Of a stretch of 63,193 nucleotides of DNA, positions 49,891-62,300 are shown in pieces. The DNA lies in the NCBI GenBank assembly GCA_000934665.2, contig KZ538543.1, positions 1 through 63,193 on the forward strand, written 5' to 3'. This stretch comes from Catajapyx aquilonaris. Taxonomy: Eukaryota. Within the stretch, counting starts at the first letter, position 1; every line of letters starts with the position of its first letter. A program made the translations under genes and the position numbers. A model generated the notes under the pieces. The model did no database searches. It saw only the letters and a list, made by a program, of their open reading frames with translations, and was not told where the DNA came from.

Positions 49891-50659
49891 ATTAGATCAA
49901 AAACTTTCCCTTCAGTAAAAAAAAAGAGAAGTAAGACCTCCGCGGCGGAATAAAAGTACTGAAACAAGGCAGGCGCACGTAAGACCTTCACCAATTGATT
50001 TAAGCTGTACCATAGGTCTTACTCAAGCAATTCTCAAGTACGGTATGGAACGTCTCGTAAAATGACTGCTGCAAACTACTCAGAGCAGTATAGGTAGGAT
50101 TTTACGCGTATTATGAAAAGAAAACAATTGGGGAAAAACTAAACCCATTCAAACAGACTCGGTCCAATCGAAAAAGACCCTCTAAAATTCACCAATTAAC
50201 GTTTATATGTGAAAAATTAAACGTTAGAGTTAAAATCAGCATCTAAAAGAGGTGACGTTTCTGCATGAATGTTTCATGGCAATAATTCGCACTAATCGCA
50301 TAGAAATTCAATGTGCTTAATATTGAAGTTCCTAATTTCATAAAACACTAAAATGGAGTGGCTCATGGAAAACTAATACTGCCAATAAGAGCTAAGATAC
50401 TGCTAACTTAGCAGTACCATTGCACTACACTGGTACTGGTAAGTTAGAAGTAACTAGTAGTACGACAGAAATTCCAAAGATTTGTTTCAGAAAGGAGACT
50501 TCATGGGCAGTGAATTGTAAATTGCTTGAGTAAGACCTACGATACAGCTTAAATCAATTGGTGAAGGTCTTACGTGCGCCTGCCTTGTTTCAGTACTTTT
50601 ATTCCGCCGCAGAGGTCTTACTTCTCTTTTTTTACTGAAGGGAAAGTTTTTGATCTAAT
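49891..50659. repeat. Near-identical ~140-bp inverted repeat pair (49891-50032, 50519-50659)
   Basis: ATTAGATCAAAAACTTTCCCTTCAGTAAAA...GGTCTTACTCAAGCAATT and its reverse complement, with few mismatches. Confidence 0.85.
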
Positions 50660-51773
50660 GTTACAGTACAACACTTTTGAGCAAGTGTTTTGTGGGGTAC
50701 ATTTTACTGTACAAACGTATATGTCGTAGCCCCATATCGAAATTGGGCACTTCGTGAAATGTCCACTAAAATAATTGGACACATGCCATAGTGCAATCTC
50801 CCGTGAAGAATTACAGAATGTGCCCAGAAATATTGTACTGCTCGCGAAGTATGAGGTATGAGTATGACCAACGGTTTGGACCATGGTCTTAGAATACTAA
50901 GGTCTGGACACTCCCTCTTATCGCCTGCCGGGGCGTTTTGCATGAGGTGCTCACTTGAGAGCGCCATGAGACAGCTTTTCATTGCGCTATTATGTGGCGA
51001 CCCTATACCGGACTACGCTGAACTAAGGTAGTAAGGTAGAAGAGAAGCCGCTACATGCGGGCCCAACATGGCCGCCGGCGACCCTGACAATACTCTAAGT
51101 CTCTAACAGTTCATGTCGTGCATCATTGAGGACTCAAACCACTTGTGCACTTGTTAGTGATTTCATGCCTCAAAAAAAAAAAAAAAAAAAAAAAAAGTCA
51201 GGCGAGAATCTGGGAAACGACCAAAGACGATGGAAATAGGTTAGTCTTATAAGCGGCGAATGGTCGACAGAGGTCTACAAAATCCACAGTTCGAAAAGTG
51301 CTTCAACCGACTATGTGAGTGTGTGTCCAGCATAAAGTAACTAAAAATGGTAGGGTACACACATTTTAGTGGCTATGGTGATTTTTGTATGGAAATTTTT
51401 ACACACCTTTTTTCGTGCATTAGGTACGGTACTCACTTTTGAAGGCGGTAATATAATTTATTAATAATAGAAATAACCTACGAACCTCGTAACATGACCT
51501 AAATAAACTTAGTCAACCGGCAATTCTGGATTTTGCATGAAAATGGTGCTCACACCTGACAGTCGAGTTTACAAATAATATTGGTGCCCAAAAATATCTT
51601 ACTACAGAGCTGTTGGTAGGAATATTACGTCTAGAAATTAAGGTCGCTCTGAACGGAGTTCAAATTACGGTTTAAACTGCAAGCTGGGGTAAATTATTTC
51701 AGTTCGAGAAATCGGGCATTATCGTATGCATATTTTTCCGTCTTCCTTGACACTGGTAACCATATATGCTCTA

Positions 51774-52131
51774 TATAGGGGGAGGTGTGAGGTGTGGTGG
51801 CCGAGATGGTAACGTCTCGGCTTGCTGAGTGGAAGGTCCCAGGTTCGATCCCCGCCTGGGAGTTCCCTTCCACCTGCGTCGGGAGGGTCTCTGACCTGCA
51901 CCTTTGGAGGTGTCTGGCAACCTAACCTCCTGGGGGACTCACATGGCCCAAACTTGAGACACTGCACCTGCACCCCTGTCCCCTCCCCGAAAATCCTTAT
52001 CCTTACCTAATGTCCTTGATTCCTTGCACCGGAGATTGAAGTTAACAAATCAGAAAATTGATGGTGGTGTGCCACCCCCCAAAAGGGCCTATGGAGGCCT
52101 ATCACGGGGTAAAATAAATAAATAAATAAAA
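51774..52131 (+). mobile_element. tRNA-derived SINE, family A, copy 3 (full length)
   Basis: A box TGGCCGAGATGG, B box GGTTCGATCC, (TAAA)n tail; likely TSD ATGCTCTA (51766-51773, 52132-52139). Confidence 0.9.
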
Positions 52132-52526
52132 ATGCTCTACATTTTTTCAGATATGCAGCAGAAAAATCCGCCGACGAGGTCTACTGAAGCACTAATGGAA
52201 CTGGTGGATAATTATGTTTGCAATACCCAAAACGGAAAATATTGTAAGGAGCGTGGTAAGGAGTAAGGTTTGTCTCTTTTCTAATGAATCTTAGCTATAG
52301 TTTCCGACCACCTGTGTATAGAGGTAGACTCAGTTGCAACATGGGGTTGGTTTTGCTCAAGGGGGTACTCACTTCGGTACTCCGGTGTACACCTGCAGTG
52401 GTACTCTTTGGTACTCTTCGGTACTCCCTGGCGCTCCCAGACAATAAACAAATAAGTTATGCTCGTAACTTCAGGAGCTTTTTTCCCTTCTTGTGTCGTG
52501 CTTCCAATCCCAAGGGGCTAAAAAAA

Positions 52527-52602
52527 TGGTGCCGCGGATCGAACCCGGGACCTTTCACATGCAAAGCGAACGCTCTAGGCTCTACCACTGAGATACACCC
52601 CC
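52527..52602 (-). pseudogene. tRNA-Ala(TGC)-like pseudogene or SINE head
   Basis: Reverse complement GGGGGTGTATCTCAGTGGTAGAGCCTAGAGCGTTCGCTTTGCATGTGAAAGGTCCCGGGTTCGATCCGCGGCACCA followed by a T run. TAGAGC is duplicated and the acceptor stem is broken. Confidence 0.75.
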
Positions 52603-54243
52603 ACTTCGTATATGAGTTATTGCTTCATTACGAGGAGACCTATGAACATGTACATAACACATAATATTGAACGTTATTTCATGTAGGGTGACACCATGTA
52701 AAATCTCCAAAAATAAGGGCATATAGATGCTCTGTATAGGCTGTGTACATTACACAATATTATACTAATAAATACGCCTTTTTACTTCATCATAACCGAA
52801 TCTACGATTTCAAATGTCCTATTTAATGTCTCTGTCTCTATAAAGTGAGTGATGACCAATAGTTTCACAACTATCTGTTCTCTTCCTCAGATGCAGGACA
52901 GAGCTCCTGTTCACATAAACCGCCTGGAGGAGGAGCAAGAAATGCAGAGAGGAACGCACGAAGGAATATTGAAGCACCATCATCACCGTCATCACCGTCA
53001 TACCTAGCAGAATCTACATCTACGTATGTGCGATTAAATAGATTAACTTTTTTCATATAATGCGTGTAGTGCCCATATCTGTGGATCGGAAAAAACAAAA
53101 ACAAGCTTGCTAATAAAGAACCTTAATTATCCCTCAATAAATTCTTCCTCGTTGAGAATCCAGGTCAATTAATTGCGGTGTGCAGAGGGAGGTTGGCCAG
53201 GTCTTCAGGGAGGCAAGTACTGTATATTATTAAGGAAATTTAGAATCAAAAGGGCTTCAATTTTATAGCATGTGATTGCCTCTAACATTAAAATCCGTTA
53301 CTCAAGTATTCGTTCGAGTTAACCATTGGCCTGTATTACAGTACTAGCTAATAACCCGCATATGCAGTATACATCTTGCCTATTCACCTATGCCATAACT
53401 TTGAAATGTAAACTCTTAATAATTGAAATATTTGGTACTTAATTGAATGAATTACCGTGGCAAATTTTAGACTAGACGGATAGAGATAAGCAGGGCTGAC
53501 TCAGCGCTGTTCCCCCGCGATAAAGACAACAACGCCCATGTGAACCTAACTTAACAATAATGCATCCGAAGCAGACAAGTATCAGCTATAGACAGGTTTC
53601 ACTCGATAACTAAACAACTGGAAGGAAACTAAGCTGAGTTAAGTTACTTACCCACCGATGTTAACTTCATCTTTGTCCAGTTTTGACTTTGTTCTTTCTC
53701 ACTGGTCAGTTTATATTATTGCTATCCGTTAGTCGCATCTGAAAGATGTGGAAATACCGGTATTACTTTACGCATATATTGGTGAGTAATGTAAAACAAT
53801 CCTGTATCGAAGTCTCCCTTGCGAGAAAAATGTCTGAACATTATTATAGTTTAAAGCCAAATCCATAGGGTTCGATACAGGAAGATTAATTACATTTGAG
53901 ACGGTGCAATGAGTTGGATTAGTGAAAAAGCCACACCGCCAGCGACAAGGCTCCAACTCGTAATGCGGGACGCATTCCCTCCTTTTGTTTTTTATTAATT
54001 GTATTTCGCCTCAATTGCAGCGTACAATTTCACAATTTTGGTGTGATCAATGATTTGGATTCCAATTAACAGTGTGCCCGAAAGTGAATTTATCAAGCAG
54101 GAAAAGTGCCGTGCCATAAGCCCCACGAGGGACTATCATCAGCACACTAACTACTGCAAAAACATGAATGCAACCTATGATGGTTGCTTAATAATTGTAA
54201 TGAAGTCAAAAATGAATGCTCACCATGATTGTCATGCACAATT

Positions 54244-54321
54244 TCGACGCCTAAGGATTATACTGTCGTATCTCGTATGTTTTAACATACGACATACGAC
54301 AATATAATCCTTAGGCGTCGA
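54244..54321. repeat. 78-bp near-perfect palindrome
   Basis: TCGACGCCTAAGGATTATACTGTCGTATCTCGTATGTT / AACATACGACATACGACAATATAATCCTTAGGCGTCGA. Confidence 0.85.
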
Positions 54322-56105
54322 TTTCCCAAGCTCGTTTTACGCCATAAACAGCCAACCTTTTCTTCTCTCTTCCTGTCAAGGTCTCTAGCGGTCTCTAGAA
54401 TCAATTATTCGGTTTTAACACAACCTATTTAATCCGAAGCATCAATGTGAGACAGTATTTTACGATATCCTGTGCCGGACTAGTCTCTGAGTTAATAAAT
54501 GAGTTTAATAAAACTGCACTTCATATTATTTATTGCCATTATTTTAATAAACAAGGTCGGTGTACTGTCTATAATTCCACTGCATAACAATGGGGACGGC
54601 GAAATGTTTAGAGACTCTTTACTCCAGTAATCAGTTTGCAAAGAAGCAATAACAATCACGATAAATGAATGTTACCGTGAATGTTGCTTCCAACGATTGC
54701 TTCCCTTTAAAAATAATATGGTATTAAGATAGAGCTTCCTACATTACCGGTAACTAAAAATGCGAACCTTCAAGGAGGTAGCAAAGCAAAGTATCGCAGA
54801 AAAACGCGTATTTAAAGAATAATACATACATAACACGGTATAGTAGTCTATAATTATGATGTCATAATAATATTAGTAATTTGAAGGTGATAAGGATAGG
54901 CCAATTATTTGATTCGTGTAAAATAATATAGCATATAACTTACTGTGAAAGTACAGCAGTGAAAATAATACACTGGTGGCAGTTAATTTAAACAATTTTA
55001 AATAATTTGTTTGGCATGTCAGGCTGCACGGTTAAGTAGCTATCATTCGTGTATTTTTCGCCCATTTGAGAAATGATCACATTCATTACGGGCAGCTTTT
55101 GTTAATTCGTGAACACTCGATAATTATTAAGAACCTGTATTTTTCTTTTTGTGCGGTCCAAAATGTCGACAACCTAGCTAGATTTTTCAGATCATCATAA
55201 ATAACAATTAAGGGTGACTCAGTAATAAACTATGCAAAAATTCACCTACTAATAGCTACCAGGTATAAACACTGTCCCTTTCTGGTACATCCGAAATGGA
55301 ATGTGCAGTATGACGAAGAATCTGCCGACAATTCTGCCAAACGTTTAACGACCTCAAAATATTGTAGGACAGCATAACACAGGTTCTTGGTAGCTGATGA
55401 TTCCGAAAATATGTCCACGCCGTACAGTACCAGACACCTATCCCGAGTCGCGATAACACATTGTGGTTCGTCACCTAGTGGCACGAAGACGATCCTAGCA
55501 CGTGCTATCCGATCAGGTCACGTTTCATTCAATGTTTATCAATATGCGAGTGATGTAAAAAGAGACTCAGTACGATGAGCCTGTACGAGCTGGTGCAAGG
55601 AAACGAAGAGTGGTCCTCACCCAGCAGGAAGCGTCTCGTGGCCTGCTGGTGGTGCCTCCTTATCAGTCCCCATTACTGCCTATTAAGCTTAATATAGAGT
55701 AATTCCGTCTACAAAGCGGGGAGTTCCAAACGTGTCCTCAGTCCATGGACGAACTTGGAAGGGAATAAGCGACGGATGGACGGACACTCGCCACCGGGAA
55801 GTGGATTTCCGTATCTGGCCTATACCGCAGCTCAGGGACACACTACTCCCCACAAGACTCAGTGCAACACAGTCGTACCCTCACGGTGCACCATTTGTTT
55901 TCCTTCCAACTGACTAGTGGGCAGTCACCCTAATCTGATAAGACAGCAAGTGTTGTGAAGTGTCATCAGCGGCGCGCGATGAATGCCCACCGCTGATTAG
56001 AGTGTTGCCGGTGATTCATCGCCCACTGTAAGCTGCATGCTGCAACGTTCGGCGCGGGTGCGAGGTGCAGCGCTCTGATTCGTCTTCAAGTGGAGCATTT
56101 CAAAC

Positions 56106-56312
56106 ATGATTGCACGCGCGAGCTTGCTTCGGCTCCAGGGAAATATGAGCGATGCTGAGCCCTGGAGGAATCATTCTTCCGGTAAGGCGCCGGTACTGGC
56201 TGACTACCCGCCGGAACTGCTGGATTTTGCGGTTTTCTGCTGCATACTCTTCATCTTTATTGGCGTGCCAGGGAATGTGCTGACCATCGCTGCGCTGACG
56301 AGATATCGAAAG
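56106..56312 (+). CDS. GPCR exon 1 (N-terminus and TM1)
   Basis: caaacATG start context; sequons NMS and NHS; AAG|gtattt. Alternative ATG at 56145. Confidence 0.88.
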
Positions 56313-59300
56313 GTATTTGCATTCTTTTTTTATTACGGAGTGGTAGGAATTAGTGGGCTGCCTACAGGTTATTGCATTGATGGCTGCTCTGGCGTTACGT
56401 GTTTGTGGTCTATTCTAACTAATCGTTCTCGACCGGGGAATGCCATGAAATATTCTTATTATTCGGTGACTGTAGTCTATAGATAAGATTAGAATTTAAT
56501 GTTGACAGTAGGCGGACATTTGTATAGCCATAGATGGAGAATTTGTGCGTATACGGTATAAAAAGGATCCAGACATTAATCATTGTACTGTCCCTCTCGC
56601 CACATTTGCAGAATAAATATGTAAAAAGTGCCTATTATACTGTATGTTGCTCTACATTTACATTATTTTTTTTGCACTTAAATGCTGTATAATTCCGGGG
56701 TGAAGAGAGATATGTGGACGTGGGAAATGCGGGTAATTATCATGATTGTCATATCTGTACTAACCCAATTGATTCTGTTATTATTCTGAGCTGAATGGTT
56801 TCATGTTCTCGTAACTCTTATCGCTGCCTTTATGGAGCTCGTTAAATGAAGACCTTGTAAGATTCCTTTTGATATTCTTGTGCCTTGAAATAGTTCACCA
56901 AGTTGAGTCAGGCTATTGTGCATTGCCCTGTGGACTGCGGCACATGTCCAGTACTTTGCAACGCCCTATATTCATAGCTGCTCGCCAGCATGCAGTATGA
57001 TTCACTATTATTGAATAATTTATACAATTTCGCTTTGGTATGTAACCTGACGAACATGCATTAACGAGTGACGTCTACAAGTTGATATGAAAAAAAGATC
57101 CAAGTTTCAGTGTATAGTGGTGTTTTTAAATGGTTATATCATATTACAAGTATTTACTAATCTCCAGTACCTACCATATGTTCAGATTTGGAGGAGGAAA
57201 ATGCCAAATTTTCTGTCTCGGAAAAACGGAACAGCGCAGCGGTGATACTGCGTGTTCCGGGTTAGACGAGGACATTACGTGAACATTCCCGGCCTTATCT
57301 CTTCAGTGCTATACTGTATACAGTATTTTTAAAATTTAATGTTAGCGTCACACAACAACTGCTCCATAACTCTAACCACCCCTCCCATTTAGTCCATTGA
57401 TGACCGATTGCACCAACCGAAATTACCGATCCTATAGCTCCTAATGGATTGTTAGGAGCCCTTTTAACGTGTGCTAACGATCTGTTAGGAGCTATCGAAT
57501 CTGTAATTTCGTAGGTGCAATCGGGCATTCGTCATAAAAATTCGTCATGAGTGAGAACGTCAAGATTTTCTGAATTCACTAGCATGTCACTTTAAGCAAG
57601 TGCAAGGTCAAATCATTGCCTTATTCGCTTATCTCAAACTCTTTTTTTACCTCCACCAATCATTTTAACTGTTAGCTAAGCCTTAAGCGCTTTATGTAGT
57701 TTTGTGCCGCTTCAACTGCGGATTACGTTCCAACAGCGTTCAGTAAGTTAAATATTTCATTTTTGGGAAACTGGAGGTCAATCAAAGATGGAATAAGACC
57801 GTGATTTATCCCTTATTTAAATTTGAAGAACCCAGGGCATTAAAACTGCCCATATAATTTTAAATAATTATGTACTGTGGCGTAGTGTACTTTTAGTGAA
57901 GGTGACGCAAATCACTAGCCAGATTAATTTATTGGATTTACGCAACATCTTATTTAATGCTGATAACGTATTTAGTTTACACGTGCGGTTCCTACGGCCT
58001 GTCGCTTGAATCTGATTGGCATAGTGCTGGCCCAAATAATCCCAACATTTCCGGCCCAAAACAGGCGAGTTTTAGTGGTCAATATTCGATTTTCTTGGCG
58101 CACTTTGGTGTAACTTGCAACCTCCAACAGGGCTCAGATACGACACAACCGATCCTGAAATTCCGCGGGCAAACTCAATTTATCTCTCTGAGAACATAAA
58201 CCCACTACTGTAGGGATAACTACCCAACGATTTAACTGACAGATAGCCGAGATTGGTGGAGCCGGCCATTATTAGATTTCTCCTGTATGCCCACAATATT
58301 ATCGCTGTTCCACTTTGCTAAAACGTGGTAAAATACTTATATTTCACCTCTACCAATCGCAACATACAATAGTATACACTATACAGGGTGTTCATGAAAA
58401 ACACCGACAAACTGATAACCCGTGACAAATGGTAACGTTAGGGTCATTTTATGTGGAGGAGTCATTATGTCTACACCGCCTCATTACTGAGATAATTGAC
58501 TCGTTCCTGATTAGCGATTTTTGCCTAAAGGCCATTTCACAAAAAAAATGTCGCGCGGCAAACGGCGCGACTTGCGGCAAATTTTATTGTTGCCACCNTA
58601 AATATAAATAAAAATTTGCCGCAAGTCGCGCCGTTTGCCGCGCGACATTTTTTTTGTGAAATGGCCTTAATCGCTCCTTCTGACTTTTAAATAGAATTTA
58701 CAGGTGTAACTAGCCATAGGCCTTACCACCTGTGGGCAACAAACCAACAAAGTCCTGCCCCCAGACCTTCCAGACCCTTCTGACTGGGGAAGGGTTCGTT
58801 GGGTGGCCTAACTTCCAGGATAGGTCGGGGGTGATATAGGTGTGTCGGTGTTTTTCATGAACACCCTGTATACAGGAGTGCGCCTGCGAAACATTAATAT
58901 TTTCTTTGAGCAAGGCCGAACGAATAATTATTGTTGTTATATTATTACCAGGGTCTTATTGCCTCAAGTCATTGAGCCAGTCGAACATGCAGCACTTCCC
59001 ACTTCTATAGGAAAAACATAAACAACCCTTTAGAATATAATTATGTTAATAATAATTGTTATGTAAAGATTGCAAAAGCTACTTCCAAGTAGATATCCAC
59101 TTTACATATAGCCTACTAAGCCTATTTCTGAAAAGAAAAACTGGCTGGATTCTCGCGCATTATGATGTCAGTCAAGATGTTTTCCCACTCGAACTGAATT
59201 AATTGCTGAGTCATGGCACGTTTTGCGTGGGAATTATTATTTGCACCAAGTTTGAGAAATTGTGCTGCAAACGCACGGGGCTATGTGCAGCCTGCAAAAG

Positions 59301-62300
59301 GTTACTATTTTTCTTCCGTGTTTGTGTATCCCATTTTCATAGTCATGGCAGTCCTGCATGCAGGATACATACAGTAGGCTATAGATGTTAATAAGGCCTC
59401 TGCTATGCGGTGTTGCAACATTTTATAGGAAAGATGGCAGTCAGCTTTGAAATCCCTCTCGTAATTATTCCTTCTCTTTGGGCCGTCATCCGTCCTCCAA
59501 TATAAAAATTATGAGCGGAAATGTCAATTTATTTTAAATCCAGGATGAAGGCTCATATCTTGATTTGTACTTGAATGCTACTACGTTAGCACATGTTAAT
59601 CACCAAGTAGAGAAAGTAAAGGGCAAACTTTTATGCGGCGTCTGCTATTATAATGACAGTTTTTAAACACCTCTTTTAATTCTCTTTAACTGACATGTGT
59701 TGCATTTGAACCCAGAGATACAGAATGAGATACAGCTTCAAAATTATTTGTAAATGAGATCTGGTAGGCTCTGCAACTTATCGAAATAACAATGCTGTAT
59801 TGTGAAGCATTACGGTATGATTCGAGTAAGTAAGTTGCATATCTGGACTTGCATTACAAATCATATAATATTTACAAACAAACCACTACATTTCCCTGGT
59901 AGAAAATCACCGAAGCAGGTTGGCATAGTGGATAAGGCGTCCGACTGCTAATCGGGAGGTCCTGGGTTCGAATCCCGGGACCGGCAACTCTGGCCGTGGT
60001 TTTCTGTGGTTTCCCACGGTCCTTCCAGGGAAATTCCGGAGTTGCTTCCGTAATTAATAGGCCACAGCCGCTTCCTTCCGTCCCTATCCTATCCCAATGA
60101 GCACAGTAAAATGAAAGCAAAGAGTTCCAGCCAAAACAAACTTCCCCCCTAAAGAGCCGATGGCTGATAACGGGGTATGAATTATTATTATTATTATTAT
60201 TATTATTTCCCTGGTAGAAAAGGGATTCAGGTGATCTTAGGCAACTAGCAAAATTACGGTATGTTTGAAAGAATGACACATCAATAGGCATTCAATAAAT
60301 TATAATAACCATTTATAAATAATAGCATAAGAAAAAAACTCAACTCTCACACTAACTAACCATAATGCTAGTCTCTCACCAGATATACAAGTACTCATGT
60401 GATATTGGTCACATGACCCTGCCAGGTCGGCATTTAACGTGAAATGCATACCTTGTATAAACGTAACCCTAAACCGTATCTAAACAGTAAACCTAATATT
60501 CCCAACCAAACTATACATCTACCTATCACCAAATGTAACATACATATTTAAATTTAATAAATAATAAAGTAAATGATGTATAATATCATATATACAAATC
60601 CTATTTAACTCTAATGCACAGTGTAATGTAAAACTAACCTTACATTACACATCCTCTCTACAAGTTGATTTCACAGTTTGATGCTGAACACGATCGAAAA
60701 CATCAACTTACGAAATGGTGTGTCACTAGAAAAGCAATTTATTCATGCTCGTAGTTACGGTCAGTGAACAGGAGTCACTATATACTCCCACGACGATCAT
60801 TTGCTGCCTCATTAGTTGTTGTTGATTTGGTCCCAGCAATTGATTGCAGCTGGAAAGAAGGATGACATCATCCTAGTTTTTGTGCCTGTAATTTACAGCG
60901 AAGACAGTCCTGAATGAGATTGTAAGACAGCCTGATATAGTAGGCAACAACTGCACGTAGGCTGCATTTCTCAGCGCCCGGTCGGCGGTATGTCAAAATT
61001 TGCGGAAACACTAATCTAGGATAAATTGATATTGCAGAAAACTCTTATCCAATATAATTATGCCGGTTAGTTAGTGTGAACTCAATGCGTTATTTTCCCA
61101 GAACAGGTTTTCCAACGGAAGTCACAAACCATCATCCGTATTATAAACGTTAGTGGTCAACTAGAAAGATAACATATCTTGACTTCTTCCTTTGCTAAGA
61201 AAACTTTTGCGTCAAACTACTACGTCGCTCCTATTGTGGACTTGCGATAATAAATTGGTGACTCGTATTTTTCTGAAAACGAGACAGCCTATATACCCTA
61301 TATAGTATCTCTCTACTTTTCATAAGTGACAAAGATCGCCTATTGCAGGCTACAACTATATTATTATATTATTAATAAAAGTCATTTCCGATAATTCCTT
61401 GATAACTAACCAATGAAACTTTTCTTCACCACAGGTTAGGACAGCGACAACTACCTTCATAGTGAACCTCAGCTTGTCGGATTTACTTTTTTGCTGTGTG
61501 AATCTACCGCTGGCTGCATCCACCTACCTAAACCGTCAATGGATCTACGGCGAGCCTCTTTGCGAATTCTTCCCTTTATTTAGATATGGCCTTGTCGCTG
61601 TATCACTATTCTCAGTAGTGTTCATCACAGTTAATAGATATGTGCTCATCACGCAGCCTCAACTTTACAGCAAGTAAGTAGCCTAAAGCAACATATTCGT
61701 AATTTTATCATGCACAAATATACTGGTTGTTGTCGTTGTTGTTGTTGATGATGATGATGATTTTGTAGACTATACAATAATCAGATCTCTCCCCTTCCCC
61801 TCATACTGTATAGCCTACTCTAACAATGTTGAATGTTTCCCTGGTGTTAGCATACGTCATTATTCGAAATGATTTGGTGAATCCCTTCAAACTGCTCTAA
61901 CCTAACAAAATATCCGGTACATATAATACAAAACTTGATGTCAACGTGGGTATTTACTACTCAAACAACAGTGTACGTACAGGGTGGTACACTGCCTAAG
62001 TGGGAATCAATAGGCCGGGAACATGCTCGATTACTCGCTTCAGTCAGTCTTCCACCTGAAATAGGAAGTTTCAGGTGATTCTCTCTGTGCCAGCGTGGAT
62101 ATCTCTGAGTTCTTCCGTTCCCTCCCACTGCATCCGCTGTCTAAAAACCACGGTGTCGTATACAAAATACTAAATTCCTTTCCTCTTCGTCATGACTCAT
62201 GATTATTGATTATAGTGATACAATCATGAATGATTACTGAGACATGGCGCCTATTTTCTTACAAGTCAACCAGTGTTCTTTGTTATATGCCCATTCCAGA

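Noticed and set aside
55560..55580. TCAGT initiator-like motif as the GPCR transcription start
   Set aside because: A 5-bp motif is too common to call without TSS data.
59915..59990. Functional tRNA-Ser gene
   Set aside because: No variable arm or proper acceptor stem; it continues into a SINE body with a tail and TSD.
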